DNA from: Pirellulales bacterium | Lineage (GTDB): Bacteria; Planctomycetota; Planctomycetia; Pirellulales; PALSA-1355 | Direction of reading: 5' to 3' | Assembly: GCA_963733035.1 (NCBI GenBank) | Contig: CAVTBU010000008.1 | Coordinates: 448,001-512,000, forward strand | Length of the DNA: 64,000 bases | The notes under the pieces: generated by a model | The model's database searches: none | What the model was told of the DNA's origin: nothing | What the model saw: the letters and a program-made list of their open reading frames with translations, nothing else | In this document: piece after piece, positions 20,665 through 32,505 of the stretch | How positions within the stretch are numbered: position 1 is the stretch's first letter | Layout: the number at the start of each line of letters is the position of its first letter | Position numbers and translations under genes: made by a program

Positions 20665-22641
20665 GCGTTTGCTCCCGCGCCGCGCAACTCGGGGCAGACA
20701 CAAGACGGCCTCCAAAATCAAGGCAATCAACATGGCCAGCAGGAATGCTCGCCAAATTTCCTGGACCAACGATCCCAGGTTGCCCGCCTGGTCCTCGACG
20801 CGAAGGTAATTCAGGTCGCGAAACAGCTCGTCGACGCGAGCGTCAGCCAAAACTGCACCTTCATCTTCCGCCGCAGGACGGTTCACGGCGAGCAATCGGT
20901 CATCCGCTTGATACACGCCGCGCTGGTACGCCGCTTCGGTCGACAGGCGATCGTCCTCCCCGCTTACTCGCTGCCAATTTCCTGGACTCTCATCGGTCTC
21001 TTGTCCGGCATCCAATTGCCGGGCCTTGCCAAGCACGGCCGCCCCGGCGGCAAGTGCACGTTGGACCGCGGCATAGAGCACGATGCCTTCGCGGGCCAGC
21101 GAAGAATCGCGCGGCGCCGGCGTCGTCGTCCACAGATAGATGCCGCCCCGATCGGTCGGCAGGCGGGCCAGCAAAGGCGCACCTCCCTCAAGCGTGATCA
21201 GTGAGGTTAGCTCGCCGGCTAACGTGCAATATCGCAGGACGTTAAGCTGTCCGACTGGCAGCGCGGCTCCGCTCAGGGTACGCGACACGAGGTCGTCGTC
21301 GCCGCGCCACGAACCGACCACGAAGCGGTCGTTTTGCGATTGCCAGGCATCCCAACTCAAACCCCACAGCTTTTCGCTCCCAGGGTTATCCGGCGGAAAG
21401 AGCATTACCTCTCCTCCCCGACGGACAAAGTTGTCCAAGAGCTCCGCATTCGCTCCGGTCGGAAGCGGCGCCTGCCAGAGCACCAGACCAATCTGGTCCC
21501 AAGCGACCGCGGCGAGTTGATCACGCGAGATCGATTCGGCCGTTGCCAACAGCGTCGGCTCGGGGCTAATGCCAGCCGCCAGCCGCAACGGGACTTCAGC
21601 CTGCTGGTTTTCCGCAACCACGATAGTCCGGCGTGGCGTTGGATTGGCGAATACAAAATAAAACTCGTCGTCTGTCGGGTTTGCATCAGTAGGGATGGCG
21701 ACGCGCCCCCAACCTTGCTGCCGATCGCGCGCGATCGGGATCCGGTGATTCTTAAGGTCGCTGTAGGCGCCGCTGAGCTCAACCGTTGCCACCGAGCGAG
21801 CTCCCTCGATTTCGAATTGGACGGGTACACTCACTTTGTCGGTCGTGTCGCCTTGGCGAGTCACGCGCAACGAGACGAGGAGCTCGGCGCCGTCGCCGGT
21901 TTCCTGGCGGCGAACCTCGGTCACGCGCACGGCCTGGTTGGCCACCGGCGTGCGGGGATAGGCCAACAGATGGAATCGCACGCCTTGCGGCAGCTCGAGA
22001 AACGCGTCGCGAAGCGTCGCCCAGCGCCCGCTCCGCGCGTTCCAATCGTTCTCGCGGAGGTCCGAGCAAATCCAGATTTCCGTGCGACCGGTGCGATTAT
22101 CGCGAATGTAGTCGTATGCCGCCTGCAAGAGCCTCGGCAGGTCGGCAGGCGCACTGGCCGGACCGGCGCTGGCCACGTTTAATAGCGCGGCGGGAGACTC
22201 CAATTCCATCGGCTCGTGCCGGACGCTTTCGATCAACACCCAGCGGCCGGAGCCGAGCGTTTCGAGCGTCCGCACGAGCTGGTTTCGTCCGGTATCGAGC
22301 TTCGACTCATCCGTCCCCGGCGCATGCTGCTGCATGCTGGGCGAACGATCGAGCAGGATGATCGTGGTATCGGCCTGCGTGCCGACCGTCAGGCCCAACC
22401 AGCCGCTGGCCAACGGCCGACTGACGGCAAACACCAAGGTGGCCACTACCACGGTGCGAAACAACAGAATCAGCCATTGTCGCAGTCGTGAGTAACCGCG
22501 TGCCATCCGCTGGGCGGAAAGCAAGAACATCATGGCGGCCCAACGAATCGTTTGAAACCGCCATTGATTGATGAGGTGGATGATGATCGGCAGTGCGATC
22601 AACGGCAGGCCAAGCAACAACCACGGCTGCAGAAAGCTCAT
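20661..22641 (-). CDS. BatA-domain/vWA protein
   Basis: MSFLQPWLLLGLPLIALPIIIHLIN..WAAMMFL..RP BatA N-terminus, DRSPSM, C-terminal EIWRAFLLAMLIALILEAVLC TM helix. Confidence 0.85.
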
Positions 22642-23549
22642 CGCTGTGTCTTCGATTGAGCACGATTGATAAGGAAGCGCATCAGTGCCTGTTCGTAGTT
22701 CTCGTCAAGACAAATCCGGTGATAGTCGACGACCGATTCCAAGACCACGTCTCGCAACTGTTGCAAGTACTGCTGCAGGGCGCGCTGATAGCGGTCGGCG
22801 ATTTCGTTGGGCTCGGCAAAAATCGCCGGGCCTCCTTCCATATCGAGAAACCGCATCGGCCGACGGAATTGAAAGTCCAGCTCCAACGGATCCAACAAGT
22901 GAAACACGGCCACGTCGTGCCGGCAAAACCGCAAATGCTGGAAACAGCTTTTCAACGCCTCGGGTTCAACAAACAGGTCAGAAACGATAATCACCAGCGC
23001 CCGCTGCCGAATGGTTTCAGCCAACTCATGGAGCACCGAAACGAGCTGCGTTTCCCCCTCGGCCCGAACTTCTTCCAGCGTATCAAGAACCAACCGCAGG
23101 TGCGCGGCGTTTCGTCGTGGAGGGAGTTGCTGCACGATTCCCTTGGCAACGCAGGACAATCCGACCGCGTCTCCTTGTTGGCTGGCCAGATAGCCCAGCG
23201 CCGCCACAATCCTCCGGGCGTAGTCCAGCTTCGTGATTCCCGTCGAACCGAAGGCCATCGAACCGCTGGTGTCGAGGACGAAACAGCACCGCAGATTCGT
23301 ATCTGCCTCGAATTCCTTCACGTAGAAACGATCCGATCGACCAAACGCCCGCCAATCCAGCCGTCGCAGATCATCGCCCGGCACATACTTGCGATACTCG
23401 GCAAACTCGACGCTCGAGCCCCGGTGCGGGCTGGAGTGCCGGCCAGAGACGGTTCCTTGCATCGGCCGTCGAGCGAACAGCGGCACGGCCGCCAGTCGTG
23501 ATAGCGCTTCCGCATCAAGAAGAGTACTGGGCTGACTTGCTGGCAACAT
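22638..23549 (-). CDS. DUF58 family protein
   Basis: GRHSSPHRGSSVEFAEYRKYVPGDDLRRLDW, LDTSGSM, IVSD. Confidence 0.93.
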   Translation of the reverse strand: MLPASQPSTLLDAEALSRLAAVPLFARRPMQGTVSGRHSSPHRGSSVEFAEYRKYVPGDDLRRLDWRAFGRSDRFYVKEFEADTNLRCCFVLDTSGSMAFGSTGITKLDYARRIVAALGYLASQQGDAVGLSCVAKGIVQQLPPRRNAAHLRLVLDTLEEVRAEGETQLVSVLHELAETIRQRALVIIVSDLFVEPEALKSCFQHLRFCRHDVAVFHLLDPLELDFQFRRPMRFLDMEGGPAIFAEPNEIADRYQRALQQYLQQLRDVVLESVVDYHRICLDENYEQALMRFLINRAQSKTQR

Positions 23550-23607
23550 GGCACGCGTCCATCCGGAAAACGACGGCGCAACCTGGTTACAGGATCCGCC
23601 GGGGCCT

Positions 23608-24636
23608 CTAACTCTCCTCGTCCATTTCTCCGATCAAGCGCCGCACGATTTGCTTGGCATCGATGCCCTGCGCTTGCGCGGCGAATGCGGTAATGACACG
23701 GTGCGTCAGCACGGGAATGGCCACTTCATGGACATCCTCCAGTCGCACCATGTAACTGCCGTGGAGAGCGGCACGGGCTTTGGCGCCCAATATCAGGAAC
23801 TGCACGGCCCGCGGGCCGGCTCCCCAGGAAACAAGAGGCTTCATCCACGCCGGGGCCGTGGGATCGGCAGGGCGTGTCTTGCGGACCAGTCGTGCGGCAT
23901 ATTGATAGATGTGATCCGGCACGGGCACGCGGCGCACCAGGTCCTGATGTTCGATGATCTCGGCCGCGGTCAAAATGTGGTTCAATTCCGGCAGTGCATC
24001 GCCCGTCGTCGTGCGGGCAATTAAAACCTCCTCCGCTTCCGACGGATAGTCGAGTTCGATCAGGAACATGAAGCGGTCGAGTTGAGCTTCCGGTAGTGGA
24101 TACGTGCCCTCCTGCTCAACTGGATTCTGCGTGGCCAACACGAAGAAGGGGGGCGGCAGGACAAACGTCTTACCAACCACCGTGACCTTCTGCTCCTGCA
24201 TGGCCTGTAGCATGGCGGCCTGCGTTTTCGGAGGCGCTCGATTGATCTCGTCGGCCAGCACAATGTTGGCAAACACGGGGCCATGAACGAATTGAAACTC
24301 GCGGCGTCCGTCGGCCACTTCCTGCAGGATGTCGGTGCCCGTGATATCCATCGGCATCAGGTCGGGCGTGAATTGGATGCGGCTGAAGTCGAGCGACATC
24401 GTTTCGGCGATCTTGCTCACCAGCAGCGTCTTTGCCAAGCCTGGAACGCCCATCAGCAATCCGTGCCCGCGTGCGAACAGGCAGATCGAAAGACGTTCGA
24501 TGACGTCGCGTTGGCCGATAATGACCCGCGACAATTCCTCCCGCAGCTTTCCATAGACTTCGCGCAAGCGGTCAATCGCTTGCACGTCGTTGTCACTGAG
24601 GCTGTGGGGAGCGACCAGATCGGACGCGCGTTGCAT
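23608..24636 (-). CDS. moxR: MoxR family AAA+ ATPase
   Basis: GVPGLAKT, RIQFTPDLMP, LADEINRAPPKTQ, ATQNPVEQEGTYPLPEAQLDRF. Confidence 0.95.
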   Translation of the reverse strand: MQRASDLVAPHSLSDNDVQAIDRLREVYGKLREELSRVIIGQRDVIERLSICLFARGHGLLMGVPGLAKTLLVSKIAETMSLDFSRIQFTPDLMPMDITGTDILQEVADGRREFQFVHGPVFANIVLADEINRAPPKTQAAMLQAMQEQKVTVVGKTFVLPPPFFVLATQNPVEQEGTYPLPEAQLDRFMFLIELDYPSEAEEVLIARTTTGDALPELNHILTAAEIIEHQDLVRRVPVPDHIYQYAARLVRKTRPADPTAPAWMKPLVSWGAGPRAVQFLILGAKARAALHGSYMVRLEDVHEVAIPVLTHRVITAFAAQAQGIDAKQIVRRLIGEMDEES

Positions 24637-24896
24637 CGCCGTTCTCCTGTTCCGTCATTCGACCAAGACATCCGATTGCCGAACGTTGAGTCCGGCCGTT
24701 GGCAAGCCCGCGCAATCGCACCCCTTCGCCCGAGCTAACCGTCACTGTCCAGATTGCGTACCCTCCATGATAGGCAATCGCCGTGGCGAAGCAAACAAAT
24801 TAAACCGGTGGTAAAAAAGTTCTCGCTACACGCTTCGGCGATGCATAGGAACCGAGACAATCTACGAGGACAGGAGAATGTCAAGGGAAAGGATCT

Positions 24897-25316
24897 TCAA
24901 CCTACATCATTGGACTTAGGTCGCCAGCCGGGCCCCTGCGGAGGTGCAAACACGAAAGTCACCAACACGAGCGTCCCGAAGACGCTGTAGATGACCATGA
25001 ACACCGTCGGGGACAGTTCGTAGAAAAGCAGTTCGTGTACCCAGTAGCCCATGAAGTCGCCCGGATAGCCAGACTGGCCGGAGCGGCTGCGGAAGTAGTT
25101 CTCCAAGTCGGTCAGCGGGCAGGTAATGTTCAGCCAGGATTGCAAAACGACAACGGCAATGGCGAGCAGATGGAGCCAGCGAAAGTAGAAGTTGCGAGCC
25201 CAACTCCGCTTGCGAGCGACGCCGTACATCACGGCCAACTGTCCGAATATCACAAAGGCCACGTAGGAGCCATGCAGTACCACTATCAGGTCGGCAAGGA
25301 TTTGATAGAGAAACAT
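24897..25316 (-). CDS. DUF2784 family membrane protein
   Basis: LADLIVVLH..WLHL..CPLTDLENYFR..GY pattern. Confidence 0.8.
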   Translation of the reverse strand: MFLYQILADLIVVLHGSYVAFVIFGQLAVMYGVARKRSWARNFYFRWLHLLAIAVVVLQSWLNITCPLTDLENYFRSRSGQSGYPGDFMGYWVHELLFYELSPTVFMVIYSVFGTLVLVTFVFAPPQGPGWRPKSNDVG

Positions 25317-25364
25317 CGGCAAAGCGTTCCGACTCTAGCCTGGCTGGCGGCACGATGAGCCTAA

Positions 25365-25622
25365 TCACTTGCCTGCGCCGGGTTGCCGAGCCTCTAGGTA
25401 GTCGACGCAGGCATCCAGAGTCGCGAGTTGCCCATAATCTCGTTCGGGAATGTCAACCTGCAGCCGTTTGTCGAGCGCGATCAGAAAATTCAGAAAGTCC
25501 ATCGAGTCGATGTCGAGTTGATCACGCAAATTTACCTGCGGCTCAATTGACTGTGGGTCAGCCTCTGGCGCGATCTCGCCCAATACGTCCAACACGATGG
25601 CTCGAATCTGGTCGCGGTTCAT
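25365..25622 (-). CDS. Acyl carrier protein
   Basis: LDIDSMDF phosphopantetheine Ser motif, 85 aa, overlaps the E2 stop. Confidence 0.88.
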   Translation of the reverse strand: MNRDQIRAIVLDVLGEIAPEADPQSIEPQVNLRDQLDIDSMDFLNFLIALDKRLQVDIPERDYGQLATLDACVDYLEARQPGAGK

Positions 25623-26842
25623 AATTTGTCGGGTTCCTGTAATAGACGATCCACGGCCGCCAGGAATATTCCCCCGCGATGCCCATCGCTCACACGGTGA
25701 TCGCCCGAAAGCGTCACCGTGACCAGCGGTCGAGGCACGACCTGGCCGTCGACACACCACGGTCGCTCGACGATCTTGCCGACGCCAACCATCGCCACTT
25801 GCGGCGGATAGATGACACCGTAGACCGCTTCGACGCCCTGTTCTCCAAGACTGGTAACCGTGATCGTCGGCTCGGATATTTCGCTGGAGCGCAACGATCC
25901 GGCGCGCGTCCGATTCACCAGATCTCGCATCCGCTGCATGAGTTCGACAAGCGTGAGTTGATCGGCGTTGTGCAAAGCTGGCGCGACGAGACCTCCTTGC
26001 CGCAGTGCGATAGCCACTCCCACGTTGACCTGCCGTTTGAGAACGACCTGCTCATTCTCCCAAGTGGCGTTTAGCTCCGGTACCTCGTGCACCGCCAGCG
26101 CCACGGCCTTGAGCATGATCGCGCCATAAAGGATTCGCTCGGCGACAGGGCGCTCGGCGTTCTGCTTCGTTAACCAGTCGAGCGCACGGTGCATGTCGAT
26201 CGTCGTGTTCAGATAATAGTGTGGAATCTCGCGCTTCGAGCGGCTCATCGCCGCGGCGATCGTCCGGCGGATGCGGGCCTGCCGGTCAGCCGCTGGTGAA
26301 GCAGCCTCGTGCGCGGCCGGCGCTTTTACGGAAGTGGATGACGCCGCTGCCTGCTCGATGTCCTCGCGAGTGATCGCGCCGCCGTGTCCGGTGCCGTGAA
26401 CGGTCGAAGGATCGACGCCGAGTTGCCTGGCCAGCCTGCGGGCGGAAGGCGATATGGCCAGCCGCTGGCCGGTATGTGGCGCCGATATCGGAATCGGCGC
26501 GGCGCGGTGACTTAGCACGATTTTTGGCCTGGGGGTCGGCGGCTGGGACGTTTCGCGCGGCGAGGCGACCGGCGGAATTGTCTCGGACAACCTCGGCGCA
26601 GGCTGTCCATCGTCCCGAATAATTGCAAGCACGGTCCCCACCGGGACCTTTTCGCCCGGTTCGATCAAGAACCGTTCGATCGTACCGCCGGCGAACACTT
26701 CCACATCGATGTTGCCCTTTTCGGTTTCTACTTCGGCGATGATGTCGCCGCGCTGCACGACGTCGCCAACCTGTTTTCGCCAACTCGTAAGCGTGCCGGC
26801 ACTCATATCGGCTCCGAGTTTCGGCATCACGAATTCAGCCAT
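25619..26842 (-). CDS. pdhC: Dihydrolipoamide acyltransferase E2
   Basis: Lipoyl domain [15 protein letters not shown]3-binding [29 protein letters not shown]. Confidence 0.92.
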   Translation of the reverse strand: MAEFVMPKLGADMSAGTLTSWRKQVGDVVQRGDIIAEVETEKGNIDVEVFAGGTIERFLIEPGEKVPVGTVLAIIRDDGQPAPRLSETIPPVASPRETSQPPTPRPKIVLSHRAAPIPISAPHTGQRLAISPSARRLARQLGVDPSTVHGTGHGGAITREDIEQAAASSTSVKAPAAHEAASPAADRQARIRRTIAAAMSRSKREIPHYYLNTTIDMHRALDWLTKQNAERPVAERILYGAIMLKAVALAVHEVPELNATWENEQVVLKRQVNVGVAIALRQGGLVAPALHNADQLTLVELMQRMRDLVNRTRAGSLRSSEISEPTITVTSLGEQGVEAVYGVIYPPQVAMVGVGKIVERPWCVDGQVVPRPLVTVTLSGDHRVSDGHRGGIFLAAVDRLLQEPDKL

Positions 26843-26864
26843 GGCAAGCAATCCTGCGGGAAAA

Positions 26865-27847
26865 TCACTCGTTCCTAGCGCAAAGCTCACGGCACGCGTC
26901 AACGATCGTCGGCACTTGCGGCAATGCGGCGTCTTCCAATTGCTTGGCATACGGCATCGGCACTTCCGCGCTGCAAACGCGGGCAACCGGCGCGTCAAGT
27001 TCGTAAAACGCCTGCTCCATGATTTGAGCGGAGATCTCGGCTGACAGGCTGCCGGTGCGCCAACCTTCATCCACAATCAGCGCCCGATGCGTCTTCGACA
27101 CCGAGGAAATGATCGTTTGGCTATCGAGCGGGCGGAGCGCGCGAAGATCGAGTACCTCGGCTTCGATGCCGAGCTGCGACAGTTGATCGGCGGCGACCAG
27201 TGTTTTGCAAAGCGAGCCGCCATAGGTGATGAGCGTCAAGTCGGTGCCTTCTCGCCGAACGGCCGCTCGGCGAATGTCGGCCAGCGGGGCCTCTTCGTCG
27301 ACTGGTCCCTCCTGAGGGTAAAGCATTGCGTGCTCGAAGATGATGACGGGGTCCGGCTCGCGGAGCGCGGCCAGCAGCATCCCGCGCAGTCCTGGCTCGT
27401 CGCGGGCGCCAAGACGGTCAGCCCGGGAACGTGCGCATACCAGGCTTCGAAACTATGCGAATGCTGCGCCGCCAGTTGCCGGCCGGCACCAGTCGCCATC
27501 CGCACAATGACCGGCACATTGACCTGCCCACCAGACATATGGCGCAACGTCGCGGCGCCGTTGACGATCTGGTCGAGGGCTAACAGGCTGAAGTTGACCG
27601 TCATCACTTCGACGATCGGCCGCATTCCCCCCAGTGCCGCGCCCACGCCCGCCCCGACAAAGGCCGACTCGGAAAGCGGCGTGTCGCGAACCCGTTCGGC
27701 GCCAAATTCCTCGAGTAGACCATGACTACAGGCAAACGCTCCGCCATACCGCCCGACGTCTTCGCCCATCAGGAAAACCCGGTCGTCGCCGCGCAATGCG
27801 TCGCGCAATCCGCTCCGCACCGCCTCACGATAGGTCATCGTCGTCAT
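26865..27847 (-). CDS. pdhB: 2-oxoacid dehydrogenase E1 beta, frameshift near 27385
   Basis: [21 protein letters not shown] in one frame; [22 protein letters not shown] in the next. Confidence 0.9.
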
Positions 27848-28925
27848 GGCTGCACCAGTTGCGAAGCTTGCGAGCGGTCGGCAGTAGGCTCACGGCGTCC
27901 GTTGGAAGAATTGCCGCTGCTTGCATCGGCACCCGCTGCCGGCGTGTGGACGTCCTTGAGCAGATCCTCGACCGGCTCGCAGGGACCGGCCTCGGCAGCC
28001 GCAATGGCCTCGGCAATCTGAGCGTCGACGTTCGCCTCCAACTTTCTCTGTTCCGTCTCCGACAGCAACCCAGCGTTTCGCAGTTTGCCGGCAAAGTTTG
28101 CAATTGGGCAGCGTTTCTTCCACTTCTCGACCTCGGCCTTATCGCGATAGAGCTCCGGGTCGTACATCGAATGCGCACGGTAGCGGTAGGTGCGGGCTTC
28201 CAACAGCATCGGCCCGGCGCCGAGCGTACGATTTCGACGGCTCGCGTCGTGGCGGCCTCGACGGCCAAAACATCCATGCCGTCCACCGCTTCGCCTTTCA
28301 TCGCGTACGCCTGAGCTTTTGCCTGGATGTCGGTCTGCGATTGGTGCCGCGCCAGCCCGGTGCCCATCGCGTACAAGTTATTCTCGCAAAAGAACAGCAC
28401 GGGCAGCTTCCACAGGGCAGCCAGATTAAGCGACTCGTGAAACTCTCCTTCATCGACGGCTCCATCGCCAAAAAAGCACGCCGTGACTCGCTGGCGTCCC
28501 TGCAGTTTGTTGGCCAGTGCCAGACCGACCGCCAGTGGTAAGCCGCCGGCAACGATCGCGTTGCCGCCGTAGAAACGCAGGCCAGCGTCGAACAGATGCA
28601 TCGAGCCGCCGCGCCCGCGACTGCAGCCGTTGGCCTTGCCATACATTTCGGCCATTACGCTGGCGGGCGAGATACCACGGGCAATAGCATGGCCATGTTC
28701 ACGGTAGGTCGCCACAATCTCATCGTCTGGAGTCAATGCCCGCATGGCACCGACGGCGACCGCCTCCTCGCCAATGTACAAATGCAGAAAGCCGTGGATT
28801 TTGCCCACCGTATACAGTTCCGCGGCCTTCTCCTCGAAGTGGCGGATCAACAACATTTCACGGAGCAACACGTGAGCGCGTTCACGTGACAGCGAGGCGA
28901 TATCTTCGAGGGTTTTATCAACCAT
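27844..28925 (-). CDS. pdhA: 2-oxoacid dehydrogenase E1 alpha, frameshift near 28222
   Basis: [31 protein letters not shown] ThDP motif; [11 protein letters not shown] in the next frame. Confidence 0.9.
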
Positions 28926-30690
28926 TGGGTGCGTTTCCTGATTCAAGCGTTGACGTATCGCCTTCCGGCAAACCCAGCTCGCGGGCCTTGAGCAAGCGCC
29001 GCATGATCTTGCCGCTACGTGTTCGCGGGAGCGTTTCGACGAATTCGATTTCCTTGGGTGCGATCGCCGCGCCGAGACGCACCCTGGCAAAACCCAACAG
29101 CTCACGTCGCAGTTCGTCGGACGGTTCGTAGCCGTCATGCAGCGAAAGGAACGCCTTGATCACTTCCCCAGCCACCGGATCGGGTTTGCCGATCACGCCC
29201 GCTTCGGCAACAGACGGATGTTCAAGGAACGTGCTCTCGACTTCAAAGGGTCCCACCAGGTGACCCGAAGTCTTGATCACGTCGTCCTTTCGACCCACGA
29301 ACCAGAAGTAGCCGTCTTGGTCGCGGCGCGCCAGGTCGCCGGTCAGGTAGTAGCCGCCGACAAAACACTTCTGGTATCGCTCGGGCGCATTCCAATAGGC
29401 GCGAAACATGGACGGCCAGCCGGGCCGTAGCGCCAACTCTCCCTCAACATTGGGTTCGACGACTTCCTCGACTCCGCCACCGTCGCGCGTTCTGACAATG
29501 GCGGCCTCGATGCCCGGCAACGGTCGTCCCATTGAACCGGGGCGAATCTCCATGCTGGCGTAGTTGGCCACCATGATCCCGCCCGTCTCGGTTTGCCACC
29601 AGTTATCGTGAAACGGCAAGCCGAGCGCTTCGCGCCCCCAGACGACCGCCTCGGGATTCAGAGGCTCGCCGACGCTCGCCAGAAACCGCAAAGTCGAGAG
29701 ATCATAGTTCTGCGCAACGTCGGCACCCACTTTCATGAGCATGCGAATTGCCGTGGGCGCGGTATACCACACCGTTACATGCTGGTCCTGTAAGAGCCGA
29801 TACCAGCGATCCGCATCGAAGTCCGCTTCGTCGACGATGCTCGTCACGCCGTTTGTCAGAGGGGCGATGATGCCATATGAAGTGCCGGTAACCCAGCCAG
29901 GGTCAGCAGTACACCAGAAAATGTCATCCGGATGCAGATCAAGCGCCAACCTGCCGGTCGTATGGTGTGCGACGACCGCCTGGTGGACATGAACCGCGCC
30001 CTTGGGCGTGCCCGTCGTGCCGCTGGTAAAGTGGAGCAGGGCGGGCAATTCCGGATCGGTGGGCTCAATGGCGTATTGCATGTCCGCCGAGTCCATCAGG
30101 CTGCGGTAGTCGTGAGTGCCGGGAATGGCCGTCGGCTGCTCGCCGATTACGATCACGTGCTCCAACGTCGGTAGCCGGTTTCGCAATTTGGCCACCTTGC
30201 GTTTGTAAAGCGACTCAGTGGTCACCAGCACCTTGGCCTCGCCGATCGACAGTCGGGCTTGGATTGGCTCCGGACCAAACGCCGAGAAAAGCAGTGACAG
30301 GATGCTGCGGTTCTTCCAGGTTCCGAGCGCCGCCACATACAGCTCAGGCACGCGTCCTAGAAGCAGATAGACCCGGTCGCCCGAAGCAACTCCGAGTTGC
30401 GACAAAACGTTGGCGAACTGATTCGACAGTTGGGCGAGGTCGCAAAACGTGAAGTCGCGGGTTGCACTACCTTTGCTGACCCAACGAATCGCCACCTTAT
30501 CACGCAACGGACCGGCTGCGTGGCGGTCTATCGCTTCATAGGCAATGTTCAGCCCGTGTCCACCCGGGAGTCCATCGAGCTGCCGGGCGGCTTCCTTCCA
30601 GGAGAATTCCTTGCACGCCTCGTCATAGTCAACCAAGTTCGGGGTAACTTTCCGATCCCTTGCCGATTTATCGATAACGGCCCACGTCAT
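28918..30690 (-). CDS. acsA: Acetate--CoA ligase
   Basis: [44 protein letters not shown]. Confidence 0.93.
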   Translation of the reverse strand: MTWAVIDKSARDRKVTPNLVDYDEACKEFSWKEAARQLDGLPGGHGLNIAYEAIDRHAAGPLRDKVAIRWVSKGSATRDFTFCDLAQLSNQFANVLSQLGVASGDRVYLLLGRVPELYVAALGTWKNRSILSLLFSAFGPEPIQARLSIGEAKVLVTTESLYKRKVAKLRNRLPTLEHVIVIGEQPTAIPGTHDYRSLMDSADMQYAIEPTDPELPALLHFTSGTTGTPKGAVHVHQAVVAHHTTGRLALDLHPDDIFWCTADPGWVTGTSYGIIAPLTNGVTSIVDEADFDADRWYRLLQDQHVTVWYTAPTAIRMLMKVGADVAQNYDLSTLRFLASVGEPLNPEAVVWGREALGLPFHDNWWQTETGGIMVANYASMEIRPGSMGRPLPGIEAAIVRTRDGGGVEEVVEPNVEGELALRPGWPSMFRAYWNAPERYQKCFVGGYYLTGDLARRDQDGYFWFVGRKDDVIKTSGHLVGPFEVESTFLEHPSVAEAGVIGKPDPVAGEVIKAFLSLHDGYEPSDELRRELLGFARVRLGAAIAPKEIEFVETLPRTRSGKIMRRLLKARELGLPEGDTSTLESGNAPNG

Positions 30691-30743
30691 CTTGCGACCT
30701 CGCAGTGACTAAGCATTCGAAGGTTGGCGTCGGAAACGAGTTC

Positions 30744-30758
30744 GCACATTCCATGCCA
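30744..30758 (-). promoter_or_regulatory. Putative sigma54 (-24/-12) promoter of the acsA-pdh-ACP cluster
   Basis: Minus strand TGGCAT-GGAAT-GTGC (GG-N10-GC) about 54 nt upstream of the acsA ATG. Confidence 0.55.
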
Positions 30759-31031
30759 TCTCGTTCCGATAACCGCGACGTCTGACTTTCGCGAGACACC
30801 ATGCCAAACGGGGGCAGCTCGGTCACTTCCCGGAAAGAATCTCAAACCAAAAGAATTGGGAAGCCGCTTCGTGCGAACAAACGCCTTGCCGCCAAAGACG
30901 TGCGATTTCGCTCGCGGAGCGTGCCGGAAAGCACGGCAATTGGTAAACGCCCAATCTTGGGCGGTGCCTGTATGCGAAACCCAGGGAACCGAAATCCATG
31001 CAGTTACGGTCGATCAGCGGCGCGGCCGGGG

Positions 31032-31838
31032 TCAGCGATCGAAGTTGTATTGCGGATTCTTGGGATCGAAGTCTTCATCGGTCAGACCTACGTTGAGACG
31101 GATGCAGGAATAGGTGTATTCCTCGACGAGCACGCAACCCTCGCCTGGCTTCTCGGGCCATGCATATCCTTCGTAGCGAATCGGCAAGTGCAGTTCATCG
31201 TCAACGTACACTCTGGCCATCGCGAATTGGTGTTGGGGGTTCCGTACCGGGTGAGACACCTGGACGCACCAAGTGGAGCGGCCATCGACCTTCGCTCCTT
31301 TGAACCACTTCACGTCGCAGGGACCGTCGACTTGCCGGTCGCGTTTGGCTCGTTCAATGAGCTTGGATGCCAGGTGCTTGAAGCCGATCATTGTAACCGG
31401 ATAACGCTGGCCACGCATTGCAATCAAACCGTCCGGCGCCAGCGAAACCGTGCCGATAATTTCGCCCACGCCGTGAGGATCATGGGCCAATAACATGCCG
31501 TCGTTTCGACCCTCGACGTAAATCAACTCACGACCTGCCAAGTAGGACGGTTTGAGAAACTTGAGATAGACGCTGAATGGCTCGTTGCGAATCTTGAGTT
31601 GCAAGTATTGGTAGTCTTGCAAGCGGTCGCCAACACGCTCTCGTTTCGTCAGCGTGGCGGTGTAATCTTCGATCTTTTCGGCCTGTTTGAATGTTTCTTG
31701 TGCCCAGCGAATCACGGCATCGAGTGGATGGGCTTTCTCGGCAGTCGGTTCGGCGGCCGCCGCAACGACGCACGGCAAACAAACAAGCAGCACGGCCACG
31801 CCTGAGAAGGCGCCGGCGAAGTGATTCGAATTGCTCAT
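31032..31838 (-). CDS. DUF1571 family secreted protein
   Basis: DYTATLTKRERV, PFSVYLKF, GRELIYVEGRNDG, RYPVTMIG, LVEEYTY..LNVGLTDEDFDPKNPQYNF; AGGAGGAG RBS. Confidence 0.88.
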   Translation of the reverse strand: MSNSNHFAGAFSGVAVLLVCLPCVVAAAAEPTAEKAHPLDAVIRWAQETFKQAEKIEDYTATLTKRERVGDRLQDYQYLQLKIRNEPFSVYLKFLKPSYLAGRELIYVEGRNDGMLLAHDPHGVGEIIGTVSLAPDGLIAMRGQRYPVTMIGFKHLASKLIERAKRDRQVDGPCDVKWFKGAKVDGRSTWCVQVSHPVRNPQHQFAMARVYVDDELHLPIRYEGYAWPEKPGEGCVLVEEYTYSCIRLNVGLTDEDFDPKNPQYNFDR

Positions 31839-32432
31839 GAGAATACTCCTCCTTGACGCTCGCCTTTGGTCAGCGAGATTTGTCGTTGAGAATCGTCGCG
31901 CGAGCCAAGCCCGCGCCTGATTCCCGCTCCATAGTCCATCCGTGAAGACCCGCCACATCAGGGGCGGAATATTATTGGTTGGAAGGCATCATAACAGGCC
32001 GCAGCCGGCAGATCCGCCAGAAACCTCACCTGAGCGGCATCGCGTAGCTGCCGTGTACCTGCCGATCTCCGATGCGGTGACGTATTCACTCTGTCTGCTA
32101 GCTTAGGCGCCTTGCATGTGATTTCATCTCGCGATCTCAGAAGAAGGTTCGGAAACGTCATCCAACCGCGCTGATGGGGGCGACGTCGGGCCTGGCAAGA
32201 AGCAAAAGACGTACCGCCGCCAACCGAGTTGCTTTCGCGCGTGATCGTCGCAGTGACTTCATGAGCAATCCCTCCTCATGGCCGCGTCGGATCGGCGAAC
32301 TGCCTGCGGTGCCTGGCGGCACCAGCATTGCATTTTCACAACCCGAGAGTACGGGCTCATCGGCGATGACGACCGTCTCTGCCAGGAATGACTAGCTTGT
32401 CCGGCATTCCGAGCAATCATTTACCCAAATGC

Positions 32433-32461
32433 TTGACGTTCAATTGTTCTGTTTTCATAAT
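32433..32461 (+). promoter_or_regulatory. Sigma70-type promoter of the ROK operon
   Basis: TTGACG-17 bp-CATAAT in an AT-rich patch about 45 nt before ATG 32506. Confidence 0.7.
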
Positions 32462-32505
32462 CTTCGAGACTCCGGACTCTCCCGCTCAAGAATCCGAGCA
32501 ACCGC

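Noticed and set aside
27380..28230. Programmed frameshifting or true pseudogenisation of pdhA/pdhB
   Set aside because: No slippery heptamers, and the same indel pattern affects many unrelated genes, so assembly error is more likely.
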